Source of the DNA: Fimicolochytrium jonesii
Lineage: Eukaryota
Direction: 5' to 3'
NCBI RefSeq assembly: GCF_025526975.1
Contig: NW_026515682.1
Location: forward strand, 434,001-498,000
DNA: 64,000 bases
Shown in pieces: positions 46,338 through 59,568 of this stretch. The notes beneath the pieces were generated by a model that saw only the letters and a program-made list of their open reading frames with translations, had not been told where the DNA came from and ran no database searches. The position numbers and the translations under genes are program-made. Positions within the stretch are counted from its first letter, which is position 1; every line of letters starts with the position of its first letter.

Positions 46338-49300
46338 GGTGGCGAGCTGATGGCGGGGTTCTCCGATGTGCTGTATGATGGTATGGGTCGCTTGAATCGT
46401 GAAGGAGTCGTTGTGGAGACGACGGATTGTAGGATAGTTGAGACGACGAATAGTCGTAGGCGGAGCGCAGACGAGGACCGCTAGTGTTTATAAGTCGGCT
46501 CAACGTAGAATAATGACTGTAATCTCCCACTTGATAACCAGCAGACATGAAATCCCATATCCCATACGAGGCCGAGACCGCACGAAACTCCGATAAGCCC
46601 AAAACCGGATCCTCATGACTGATATGACTTCTAGGATTGACCCAGCAAAAGATATGATCGCCCTCCTAAAAATACAAAAGCTGGCGTCCCTTGGTGCCGG
46701 ATAGTGCGGGGACCGCAACTGAAATCGTTCAATGCTCGGGACCGGAACTCGGCAGCTATAGGAAAACGAACAAATCGTAGGATCGGCTCTTATCTGGAGG
46801 TTGTCGGTATTGTCTGCCCGGCGCTTTGGTCAACTCGGACGTTTATCGGAGGGGGTTGATCACTTTTGCGCGGAGTTTGAATTTGGGATAACCTCACGCG
46901 ACACACGGAACTGAAACGGATCCATTTCTGGGTACAGACTGCTGTCCACTGACAGAACTGATATGCACGCTGGAAGCTTCGGCAGAGCCACGATAAGTTG
47001 CTCAACTATCTTGGAATGAAGCGGGTTCAGAACGCAGATCTTGCACTAGCGCAAAAGCCAAGAATCTCAGGCACAAGTGGGAAGCAACAGATAGGTCCAT
47101 CAACGGGAGACGAGAGCAACGCCGGTGGAAAGGAACAGCCTTGATAAAGTGGATAATGCGCCTAGAATGCAGTTTAGTGGGTTTTCCCAACTTCGCCCAC
47201 TCGATCTCCGTGCGTTCTTGACCCACTGTTCTGCACCCAAAGCTTCTACTGCGCGTGTTCTTCCCAGCCCGCGCATTGCCAGATTCGTGATTGACAAAGT
47301 TTAGTATGGTGGGCTTTTCTTCACTCGGCAAAGTGTAGTTTGTGTGGGCTATGGAATCGGGTGGGCGACGTGGGCAAACCCACTACCCTTTCGGTTTCAA
47401 AGTCGAGAAAAGAACAGCGAGCCCCGGCAAAAGGTTAATCGGCGCCATCCCGGCCTCCTCCCCTTTAACCTCACGCTCACCCGCCTAGCCCATTGATGTT
47501 TCGCAGGCTGCAAGTCCACGCCTCAGGTCATGGAGCCTTGCCTTTTAGTCACTACTGGTCAATGAAACTAGACTGCGGGCGACACGGATAACTTCAAGTA
47601 CTGATCAGCTCGTCGTCGTCACTCGTCGTCGATCACCGTCGGAAACAATAGCGTCTGTCATGTCGCACGTATAGCCTGCAGTACCCCTGCCGCAGACATT
47701 GTCTCGTAAGGTTGATCAGGCCACGTCGATTGAGCACCACCAAGCAGTCGTATATGTGCATACGTACTGATGGAGGCGAACGCCGTACAGTTCATCCTAC
47801 CGCCCCAACCTCCATCCATCATGAATCTTTTCGAGCCATGATGCCCACTCCTCTCTCATAGCACGCTGGTTAGACTGGCTACATCTGCGCGCTAAACCTC
47901 ATAGAGTGGGTTGTAGTAGTTTCTGACGTAACTTGAAGGCGCGGGACTTTCGATTTTCTTCAATCCGAATATGCCATTCACTTCAGGCTCTCTATAGTTG
48001 TAAAACGTAGCATTTGGCATTTGGCATTTGTGAAACCCCGATGTTGAGCTCCAAGCATAGGCCCCGCGCTGTCTCTGGGTTCAGATGGGGCTGGCGATTG
48101 TGAACGTCAATGGAGATGTTCCACGTCGCAGTGCCGCCTTGTCCCTCTGCTCCTGTCCCGACCTGTGTCCCGACGGAGACAAGGCCGAGAGACGCGTCGT
48201 CATTATTCTCGAGGGGAGACGGCTTTTTGCTACCTGACTATGTAACGTCGGCAGTGAACATTGCGGTGGACGCAAGACTAGATCTTCGGAGTACATTGAA
48301 CTCAAGTGGCAGTAGCCTGTCCTCAAGTTCTCCGATCCATGCTTCGCTGTTCTCCATGGCCAACGGGCAAGTAAAGGAGGTCTCTCCTCGGCCGAAATCG
48401 AAGAGCTATGGACGAGTTTGGACGGGCAAACCTTCTCAGTTACATGCGATTTCCGATGCACTACAATGTGCGGGTAAATTATATCGCGACAGATACCGTG
48501 CGCATGTGGATCGTGGCTACCGGGGGAGGTACTCCAAATGTATATCGCTAAATTACGTACTATTATGTAAACTATGTGCATATATGAGAGAAGCCAACTT
48601 CCTTTCCAATAATCCTTTTTGACTATTTCCGGGCCGGTTTTGTTGTCGTTTTCGACAGTTTCGGAGGAGGTCCTCGACTCCAAGCGGTCGGTAATGACCA
48701 TCGCGGCTAAACCATCTGATTACCCGGTGCTTGGATGCTGATCGTGAATCACGATTCCTGGTGCTATGAGCTGTCTGGAAGCCGGGATGACGCGCCGACC
48801 CCGTGGAAGCCCGTCGCGCCAGCCACAGTCCAAACCGGTGGGGAGATTGTGATCCGCGCCCAAAGGAAAGAGAGAGAGAGAGAGAACGCACTCTGGGAAT
48901 CCGTCGCAACCGTCCCTACAACGTCGCTCGCTGTCGCTATTGTCGGGCCCCATACATACCCCCTCCTGTCCATAACTGAGCCCTGAGCATACAGTACAGC
49001 ACCAGCCCCATACCTACGTCACTATCAGGGCCTCGCTTTCTAGACGAGATACGGACGTGCTAGAAGCAACGAGGAGAAGCCTATTTTCGCTGGTGAGTAT
49101 TATGCCAAGCTGCTTGGGGTGAGCTTTGGAGGCAAGCGTATTTCACACTGAGCCGGAGTGTACTGCGGTTTTCGTGTCGAGGCTTTTGACGTGGGGAACT
49201 GAAAAGTCGTTTGGGGTTCATATATAAGCTGAGAGCCTGATAGGTCTGCATATTTCCTTTCAACCGTCTTACCGAAAATCACTACTACCAGCCGTCGATA

Positions 49301-49358
49301 TCAATCCGCCAACAACAGATACAAACAACATCCTCCCATATTCAATCCCTCAACAAAC

Positions 49359-49829
49359 ATGAGCGACAGAACACCCAGCCCCACCCAAACAAACGGCACT
49401 CCACCAGCATCGCCCGGAAACGAGAAAATTCGGCAACTAGTCTACGTCAGCCAAGCCAGCCACGGCCTCACAAGCGCCGACATGGCCGACATCCTCGTCG
49501 AAGCGCGCACCCGCAACGAGGTCTGCAACATCAGCGGCATGCTCCTCATGAACAACGGCCAATTCATGCAATGCGTCGAAGGACCCAGCGGCGCTGTCGA
49601 GGAGCTCATCGACGGAATCGGGCGCGATGAACGGCACTGCTTCATGTCAATCTTACTTGACCACTTTATCGAAACCAGGGATTTCGACTGCTGGTTGATG
49701 GGGTTTAAGGATCTGTCGAGCAACAAGCATTTCGCGAATAACGACGACGTGATGGATTCGGCGTTTTTGAGTGAGATGTCGCATCCAAGCAGGGCTGTCG
49801 CGCTGCTGTCCTCTTTTGCGAAACTGTGA
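49359..49829 (+). CDS. Stand-alone BLUF-domain blue-light photoreceptor (intronless)
   Basis: QLVYVS, DILVEARTRN..NISGMLL, FMQCVEG, RDERH, RDF..WLMGF. The Tyr, Gln and Met photocycle residues are present. Confidence 0.93.
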   Translation: MSDRTPSPTQTNGTPPASPGNEKIRQLVYVSQASHGLTSADMADILVEARTRNEVCNISGMLLMNNGQFMQCVEGPSGAVEELIDGIGRDERHCFMSILLDHFIETRDFDCWLMGFKDLSSNKHFANNDDVMDSAFLSEMSHPSRAVALLSSFAKL

Positions 49830-50715
49830 TCTGGTGAAGGGCTTTTCGATCCCCCAACCCCATAGATGGATGAGATTGGGATAGCGTTATTTCTCCCGGT
49901 CATCGGTCCCTACCTTTTTTTGTATCATCATCAGTATGCCGAATATTCGTGGATTCTCCACGAATCTTTCCTTGTTCGTGGCAGGACAACGAACATCATA
50001 CCTCATATCCCTCTGACGAGGACACAAGCCTCAGTCGTCTTTTGTGCTCTCTTTCATAGTCATCAAAACAATGTCAGGCGTTCTGTTACGCTTGGGATAC
50101 TTGCTCCTTGTTGCTCAATACTCATTCTCGATTGCATTGACTTTTCTGTGGATGCAATCGTAACGAGGTAGCCGTCCTTCCAGGCGAATCCTGCAGGCCA
50201 CCTGCGACAAACCACTCTCCCTGCCATAAGGGAGGCGCAGCAGCACGTTGCCCACTCCACAGAATCGGCTCAACAAGACGGTTGAGATGTTCGCCGCCTT
50301 CGTGGATTTGGGGCTCCTTCGGGGAACGCGCATGTGTCACTCCCTGACGTAAGCACTCACGGAGGCCGCGCGAAATGCCCTTTCAACTTGCTTCTTGTCG
50401 TCGTCCGAATTGCGCAAATGGGTGCAAACATTGTCACCTACAGTTTCACCGGCTACCCGTAAAAAAAACGCATAGGTGAGGAGAGAGGACTGTCTGGATT
50501 GCATTCGTTCGAAATAGTTTGTTTATATTGAAAAATCAACACCTCCATTCAGATATCTTCCCCCAACGCGTTTGAACTTGCAAAGATGAATATGAAATCG
50601 GTCCGGAGGGCAAAGGTGCGAGCGGATGGGGGGAAAGCGAGGATGGAATGGATGCATGGAGAGCGTTCAAAAGGAGACAAATATGCTCAAATCTCTTCCT
50701 CAACCTGCCATATAG

Positions 50716-53619
50716 GCGGGCCCGGAGACCTCCGTACTCGGCGGCCGTACAGCATCCATGCACTCACTCCGCGACGCACTCAACGACGAAGGCGGCGGTG
50801 GCGGCGGGGAAGACTGGCTTCCAGTAAGTCTAAGTCCAAAACCCCTTCCCGCTCTCTATCAAATACACCCTAAAATATCTCCAAACCCCAGCCAAAAGTC
50901 CTTTTAAAACCCCCCGGCCAACTTACCCTCACCGAAGCCGAGCTGAACGAAGAGCTCACGCGCATCCTGAATGCCAACAACCCGCACGCGCCGCAGAACA
51001 TCGCGAGGTTCAATTTCAGGGAGAAGGTCTTCAAGGCGAGCCCGAATGTGGACCATTTGGTCGTGCATTTTGAGTTTGATGGGTAGGAAAACGAGATCGT
51101 TCGGAAGGTGCTGATGGGTTCCGTCTCTGCGATGAGTCGCTCATCAACATATAACGTCTCCAGATTCTTAACCTTCAAAACCACCGACGAAACCGCCCCA
51201 CCCGCCGAAGCACCCACTACAACATCCACAACCGACACGTCCACCACCGCCGACGGCACAACAACAACATCAACAGAAGCAGGCACAGGCACGGAAGACG
51301 AGAAGGCGGCAGAGGAAGCGAAGGCGAAAGAGGAGGATGATAAGAAGCCGAAGGGACCGTTGAGGAATCAGTTCAATTTCAGTGAGCGGGCGGCGCAGAC
51401 TATCAATAATCCATACCGGGTAAGGAGGGCGTGGGGAGTGAGAGGATGGATAGACGAGCGGTGCGTCGATGTTGGTGATCAAAGACTGATCCTGGCGAAA
51501 TTTCCGATCTGGGAAAATGTGTAGGACCGCTCAACAAACACCGAACCACCACCGCAACGCACATTCTCCGACACAGTCACACAATGGTCCATCTTCGACG
51601 CATACATGGAAGACCAGCAACAAAAGGAGCGGGCGAAAGTAAAGGTATGCATGCCCCTCGTTATCTCATCTCCCGTAGTACATCTTGTCCAACACTCTTT
51701 CAATTTCCCGTAGGCCCCAGCACCAACCCCCCACAAATCCGCCAAAGAAGAAGACAAGAACCTCCTGCCGACCGAAACACACACCGAAGACGTGTACTAC
51801 AAAAACACAGAGCTGCGGAAAGCATTGATAGTTGTTGAACGCATGGCGAACCAGAACACGTTTGATGAGATTGCGCAGGACTATAAGTTTTATGAGGATG
51901 CGATGGATGACATGAATCCTGGGAAGGGTATGGATCACCCACCTTTGTCTCCCTCCAGTCACATATCTCAGCCGCGTTCACTGACCTGAGAATATTCTTT
52001 CCCAAAAGGCACCCTTCTGCCTCTCTGGAAATTCATCCACGAAAAAGAAAAGCGCAAACAAGTGACATCTCTCGGTTGGAACAGTCGCTTCCCCGATTTC
52101 TTCGCGGTCGGGTACGGGTCGTATGATTTCTCACGGCAAGGACCCGGGATGGTCGCGGGGTTCACGTTGAAGAATCCGAGTTATCCCGAGTTTCTGTTTG
52201 TGACTGAGAGTGGGGTTATGAGTTTGGATTTCCATCCGCAGGTATGGGGGGTGGGGGATTACGGGGAGGTTGGGGGTGGGGGTGAGTGGGAAGGCGTGGT
52301 CGTCTGATGCGTGGTTTTTTTTTGTTCAAACATGTAGCATCATTCCATGCTTGCCGTGGGACTCTACGACGGATCCGTGGCGGTATACAGCATGCAAGAG
52401 CAATCCGAGGCCCCGCTGTTCAAGTCGCCTGGAAAGGGCGGGAAGCATACCGATCCGGTGTGGCAGGTAAAAGAACCCATGTTCGATTTTTGCACTTGGC
52501 CAAGGGGGTTCGTTTTTTTTTTCCTGACAGATGAGTTTGCGATTTTTGGTCTTGGTAGGTGTCATGGCAGAAAGACGACCTGGACGGCAACGCCAACTTC
52601 TTCTCCATCTCCACCGACGGCCGGGTTATGCAGTGGACGTTGCTCAAGACCGAGCTGGCATACACCGTAAGCCAAAAACATCCCTCCCATCCTTCCCATC
52701 TACCAAGTACAAACGAATCTCACAAATCAAACCCTAATCTTCTCCGCAGGACGTAATAAAACTCAAAATCGACCTACAACCCTCCCCCACATCCGGCGAC
52801 GTAACCACCAACGACGAAGAGCTGTTCGGCCTTGCAGGTGGCAGCTGTTTCGATTTCCACAAGAAATTGGACCATCTCTTTGTCGTCGGCACCGAGGAAG
52901 GGAAGATCTTCAAATGCTCGAAGGAGTATAACAACCAGTTTTTGATGAGTTTTGAGGTGCGTTTCTCATTCATCTTTCGCATCTACTGATACGGGCACGG
53001 AAAATGATGTGATGGGATATGCATCGACAGGGCCACCAAATGTCAGTCTACGCCGTGCGCTACAACCACTTCCAGCACAACATCTTCCTCTCCGCGTCGG
53101 CGGACTGGACGGTGAAGCTGTGGGACCACGACTCGAATAAGCCGATCATGACGTTTGATCTGGGGAGCAGCGTGGGGGATATCGCGTGGGCGCCGTACTC
53201 AAGTACCGTGTTTGCGGCTGCGACGGCGGATGGGAAGGTGCGTTTTGTGTTGTTTCGTGAGCGGGTTTTGTGCTCCTCGACGACGACGGGTATCACAACT
53301 CCATGATGGGGCCTAATGAAACTGATTTGCCCCCTCTCCCCCCCCCCCCCCCCCCCCCCCCAAGGTCTGCGTCTTCGACCTCAACGAAAACAAATACGAG
53401 CCCATCTGCGAGCAACAAGTGATCCGCAAAGCCAAACTCACCCACATCGCCTTCAATCCGTTCGAACCCATCCTGCTCGTCGGCGACGACAAGGGGCAGG
53501 TGATCAGCTTCAAGCTTTCGCCGAACCTGAGGAAGAAGGCGAAGCAGGGGGCGGATGATGAGGCGACCAAGTTGAAGAACATTTTGTTGATTGCCCAGGG
53601 GCAGTCGCCGACGGATTAG
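50716..53619 (+). CDS. DNAI1: Axonemal outer-arm dynein intermediate chain 1 (IC78-like, WD40), many exons; first exon upstream not resolved
   Basis: [103 protein letters not shown]. Confidence 0.93.
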
Positions 53620-54060
53620 CCATTGGGGAGGTGGTTCTTTTTTTTTTTTTGCATATTGTGGGACTTCAGTTTTTTTTGTTTCTTTTTGGATGATTTTGGA
53701 GAGGAATATGACTTCCTGCTTTTTTTTTTTTGGAAGATGATGAGACGTTCAAGCTGGCTCTCAGTGATTGGGATAGTGTGTATTTGAATTCGAAAGCGTC
53801 CGGACGATGGTTGATACGCCATAACATTACGATACGCCAATGTGCAACTTCCGCAATAACCCAATCAACACCAACTTGCCAGCAAACATTTTTGCATCAA
53901 TAGCATTTCATCAAAACAAGGGATATACACTTGCAAGGCAGGATCCCAAGGACTAAACCCAATTACGACCAATTCCAGCCCAAAACCTAGACAAAATGTA
54001 CTAAAAGATGGATGCAGAATAGTTGGGGTAGTGTCCGAGAAGGGCGGTGGGTGGGAAGCA

Positions 54061-57000
54061 TCACCGCTTCTTGAGCAACTCGGAGAAGGTGTTCTCGATA
54101 CAGGATCTGAGATCGCTGTAGCTGACGATGAGGCAGGATTGCTCGTCGCGGGAGGTTAGCATTACTTTTTCGTCTATGCCGGCGTCCAGCTGTAAAGGGA
54201 GGTGGCGGCGGTCAAAGGTTTGTTCCAAATCTCAAGTATGATGGAGTGATCGACGCGAATGGCAACCAATGGTACCTTGTTCAAACACTGAATGATATGC
54301 GCCATATCGGTAATCGGCGTCCCATCCTCATCAACCTGGTGGAAGACATAGTCTCGGAACAGTTTCAGGAGGTACCTGTCGCCTGTTTCCGACCACGTCC
54401 GGTCCATGTCAAACCTGCACAGTTAACGTCAGTGGTGTTGAGGCAGACGCATGGGATGTGAGGAAAAGATGGCTTACTCTGGTCGCTCGTTGATGCACCC
54501 AAGCTTGCATAGTAGGCGTACTAGTCGCCCGTTCTCGAGCTCGCGGGTGAGCTCGCCTTCCAGTAGATCGTTGTAGCTGCGGATAAAGGAAGCCCATCGT
54601 AAGTCAAGGCGAGCGTGCATTGCCGGCCGTCTCCGCTCATCAACTCACTGATGAGCACTATTAATCTCATGCAAGATCCTTGGCCCAATCATCGTCACGA
54701 CATCATCTATTGTCTTGTACTGGCTAGGTTTACTCAGCAGGTACAGGATCACGTTCTTCATGTCGGCCGAGTAGTGTCGCACAATGTATTCGATCGACTT
54801 TGACAGGTTGTGCACGGCGGCTAGCGAGCCACAGGCTAGTGCTACAATTAGTTGGCCGAAGTGGAGGAGGTCTTCTTGCTACGTGGGCAGAAAGGCATGA
54901 GTGAACGACTCCGAAAGATTGAAGGTGGGTTGAGTGCCCTTACTTGGTGATGTGGAGTGTTCTTCCCCCCATTGAAGGTAAGCATGTCAAAGATCCCACA
55001 GCAATTTAGCCGTATCCTGTATGTGCAGTCATTGAGCTCGAGTTTGCACATTCGAGGTCTCCTCCAGCAAATCTCCCCTCCCATACCTATTCTTCCCCGT
55101 CAACAAAATCTTACTAGGCTCAATGATCCGCGCCGCGAGTCCTGCCGAATGTATGGTCTTCAACGCTGATGCCAGCTGTGTGATGAAGCTCCAGAGGTTT
55201 TTCTCTGGGACTCCGGCCACATTGTGCGCTGGCTGGCTGAAGTACTTTGAGTAGAGGGTTGTGGATAATGGGTGGTAGTCGTAGACAAACACCAGTGCTG
55301 TGGAAGCAGTTCGTGAGTTTCCCCTGAGGAGTTTGGGGTGGTGTCAACGGCAACTGGTCTTACAATGATCCCCGAACGCCTTCGTGGTGAAAGCTTCCCG
55401 CACCGAAACTATGTTCGAATGCCGTATTCTCCGCCACGATTCCGCGCTCGACATTGCTGCTTCATTCGTCAGACGAAAGCCTGCATTGGAGATATGAGCG
55501 TCAGATCCGCTTTCCCTCTACCCACGTCAAAAGCATCCTCTCGACGTAGTCCCCACCTTCCACTCTCCGCAGAACATAAGGCTTTCCGTCATTGGACGAA
55601 AACGCTTTATACACCCATGTCGGATATCCAAACACTTTCACGCTTCGCTCCCGATGGACGTCCAGTGGGTAGAATGAGTGGTAGTGATGGATTTCCGAAG
55701 GTAGCCGTTGGTACTCCGGCGCTGTTGTTGCGACATTTTCGGGTTTCGAAGTGGTCAGCTCAAGCTCTAAACCGGCTATCAAAACATCCTCCTGCTGAAG
55801 ACGCTCACATGTGGTATCCAGAACCTGCTGTATTGCTTCGCTTTTCCGTTGCAGCTCCTCCCTCAGCTTATCCGCCATAAAAAAGGCATGTATCGTCTTC
55901 TGATGCGGGTGCAAATTGGAGATATGTGGTAGTGGCGTGGTGTACAGATGATATTGCAACTGCATGTAGCAGAGGAGCATTTAGCCATCGTTTCCGGCGC
56001 ACGAAGATGGCATTGGGGATCATCTGTACCGGCTGTTGAGGCGCCACCATCGGCATCTGCTGTTGTTGCGGGTAATATTCGTCCGAGGATTGCTGATAAT
56101 ACCCTCCCTGCTGCTGCTGCTCCACCCGTCAGTCCTTCGCTCGCAGCCAAGATAGCATTTCGCAACAAGTCGAACCTGCCCGTCCGACAGCTGTGCAGAT
56201 GGCCCCAGACTCATCCGTGCCATCGCATGTCCCATCCCCATATCCGACATCATCACCTGATGCTGTTGTTGGCCCCCGTATGATCCCATGTTTTCTCCTG
56301 GGGTGTTGCCTCCGTAATAGTTGTATGCTTGGGCGTCGTACGGTTGATGCATGCTTCATAGTTTCACTCTTAGTCCCGAGTACATAGCCTTGCTCTCAAG
56401 GACATTTCCAAACCTCGTCGGTATTGAGTCATGCCCTGGCCCAGACGCCCCCGTTGGTATCCGAGCCGATGTTCTGTCTGCGGGAACATGTCAGGGATGA
56501 TGCTTGCCCTCCAACTGCATCAGTAGTCGAACGTACCGCCCGCCTTCGTAGTCGCATACGGAAACAGATTGCTCCCATCGTTGTTAACAGTATTGGCAAG
56601 CGACGTTGGCGTGAAGATCGGAGAGTCCACTCGCAGCTTTGACTTTCTTTCATGGCACATATACCGAACAGCCATAAGTTGCCCGATCCCACCATCCTAT
56701 CGGCATATACATAGACTGATGAACGTACAGATCTGGACTCGAGCTGGGCTGTGATCCTGGAGTTGCTTTCGTCTGTATCGCATATAGGACGAGGGCAACC
56801 GGCGCGTGGGAGGTTAACGCCCCACTCCCACCAAAAAGCACAAGGACAAAGGAGACTCACGGCATCATGGTTGTATTCGCAGCCTTTATTCTCGAATTTA
56901 CAAAATCCATGAATAACCTTCAATACATATTCAAGGAGGGAAGGAAGAGGGTTTACGCCGTAAGCTTCAAGCAAGGTGGTGCATTACAACCTAACCCGGC

Positions 57001-57178
57001 TACTTACAACATTTCGACACAAACGTTGCCTTGCTAAGAGCCAAAAAGGGAACCGGGTCAAAAGAGAAAAACGACACTCAGCGCCCTGTGAACTGCAAGG
57101 GTTGCCTCGTTAACCTCATTGTATGGCCGTCTACTCACCATTCCGCGGAGGCGTCCTGGGCGTCTGGTCCTTCGACAT
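54061..57178 (-). CDS. PAN3: PAN3 deadenylase subunit (CCCH finger, pseudokinase, C-terminal knob), many exons
   Basis: [74 protein letters not shown]. Confidence 0.94.
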
Positions 57179-57663
57179 CTTTGCTACACAGGTGGGAGGC
57201 AAACCACAGCAAACTCGGAAAGCTAGAGTAATATGAGGCGGTATTACCGGCTACAGAAACAGGGTAGCGGAGAAGTCCAGAGTTCTGTGTAGGGGTCCAG
57301 TAGGGGTCGCTCTCGATGCCTGTCAACCCCCTCCCATGCAAGTCGACGATGTCTGACCTGTTTCGACTTTGCGCAAATCAAAAGATGACGAACGCAGACG
57401 CGGCTGCTGCTGAGCTCAAACCTGGCTCAAACACTGCATACAACACAGCGTCGCAACAGGTCCGTCGGAACACAGAATACCGGCAACAACACGACGGCTC
57501 ACGACGGGAAGGAGGGATAGCATCATCTCGGCGGGTCAACGGTGAACCAGCCCTGCGTAGGGGAAAGAATACGCCGCCTGTTCAACGCTTCATTGTGGGT
57601 CGCGTATAGCCAGGAACGTTTGGCACAGAGAGCTGCCGAAAGAAATTCCCACGACCATAAGAT

Positions 57664-59216
57664 ATGCTGGGGATGAGAAAGAAAGTCGTTTGTGTCGGCG
57701 ACGAGAAGGTCGGCAAAAGCGCCTCTCTTCTCGTATACTGCGGGAAGCCGTATCCTGAAAGCTATCAGAGTACCGGTGAGTGGGAGCGTTCGAAGCATTA
57801 TCTCACGAACCGTTTGTACTGACCATAGAACGCTACCCCACTCTAGTCTCAGACACATATCAACCGCCAGCAACATGCCCGTACGATGAATTGTGGGACA
57901 CGCCGGGGACCCAGGAGTTTGATAGACTTCGGCCGTACAGTTACGATGGGGTCGACTCATTTTTTGTGTTTTTCGCTATCGATGACCCGTTGTCTTTCGA
58001 GAACGTTGAGGAGAAGGTGGGTAGCAGAGGGCGACGCATGGTGGATAGCTGTTGATACTGCGTCGGAATCTCAATGAAGAATGGTTGGACCTTACTTCTG
58101 GCCTTCCTCTGGGTGTCTGCAGTGGATCCCTGAAGTCCGGTACTTCAGCGCGGATGTCCCAATCACTCTCGTCGGCTGCAAACAGGATCTCCGAAACGAT
58201 CCTTCTACCCTCCGGAGGTTAGCACGCCAGCAACTCACCCCCGTCTCCTTCGAAAAGGTAAGCTCGTGGGCCCTGCGCATGGAGTGATAGACCAGTTCCA
58301 ACTTCATGGATCTCTCTAGGCCCTGGACATGTCCCGGCGAATCGGAGCAGAACGATACATAGAATGCAGCGCACGTCTGAACACGGGCATCACATCCGTA
58401 TTCGAAGGTGACAGCCCACGGGCAGCAGCATCGGATGCTGGTCCATCCGAACATCACGAACAGGGTTTAATACACCTCCAACCACACCCCGACGCAGTAA
58501 ACCTCAACCAAGACTCCTTTGCCCTCCACGACCCCACACCTCGCCCCGCATCACCGAATTCATCCGGTTCCTCCCACCCGCTCGACCTACCCCCACCACC
58601 CCACCTACCGCCCCACCCCCTCCGCCCCTTAACCACCTCTCACTCCCATTCCAACCTCGGCCCAAGAGTCAACCACGAACATCAACAAAGCCGGAAAGAC
58701 CGCAACCGCACCTCCGTATCGTCAGGGAAAAGCATATCCTCCATCTCATCAGCGACGACATCCACGTCCTTTGCGACGAGTTTTAATACCTCTACGACTG
58801 CTACGACGATGCAGAAATCCGCTGCTGCGGCGGCGGATGGTGGGACGAAACTGGTGTCGGAGATCGATGTGCATGTGTCGAAGGGGGATGTGCCGAGTGA
58901 GCTGAGCGAAAGAGAGGGTGGGGAGAAGTTAGTGGTTGGGGATGGGGAGACGGGTGGTGAGAGTATTCCGATGGTGGATCGGTCTGAGAAAGCGGGTAGG
59001 AATGATGCCGAGCAACCGGCAACGCCCGTCGCGAGACCATCCGAGCCTGAGGCAGTCGTGCCTGACTCGTTCAAGACCTCGATAGAGCTTGCGCCGATGA
59101 CTCGACATGAAGCCGTCAGCGTTAAAGGTACCTCATTACCGACACCGCCGACGGTTAACACGACGCCCAAACACGCACAGGAGAGACAGACGGGATGCAA
59201 ATGCACGATTCTGTGA
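57664..59216 (+). CDS. Atypical Rho-family small GTPase with a long C-terminal extension and CaaX box
   Basis: KKVVCVGDEKVGKS, LWDTPGTQEFDRLRPYSY, SFENVEEKWIPE, LVGCKQDLR, YIECSAR, terminal CKCTIL. Introns at 57776-57846, 58018-58121 and 58258-58319. Confidence 0.88.
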
Positions 59217-59568
59217 GCGAATGGCGTAATAATCCCGTATTCGCACTCTGTTCTCTGCCATTGCCATTATATGTAGACGAAGGCCTCTTTTGTTTATTCT
59301 TAGCTCCTTTTAAGTTTTTGGATAGGCTTATTTGCCAAATAGGCGGTCATTTCTCTCAGTGATCAGTCGTGTTCAACTAGTTTCATGTTCATATTGTGTC
59401 TACATCTCGCAGTCTAGGGCTGGCCCGGAACAGAGATGTGCTGTCGCAAAACGTAGTGACTTGCATTCCATTGATTTGTCTTCCTCAAGCTGTCCAAAAA
59501 ACTAGACCTACGCCGCATCTACCTGAGCATAGCGTTATCGCAAACCACCTCCCCCACCCGCCTCAACT

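Noticed and set aside
46700..49000. ORFs upstream of the BLUF gene (e.g. 48110-48622) as possible BLUF output partners
   Set aside because: No recognisable EAL, cyclase, kinase or other domain, and no supportable gene model.
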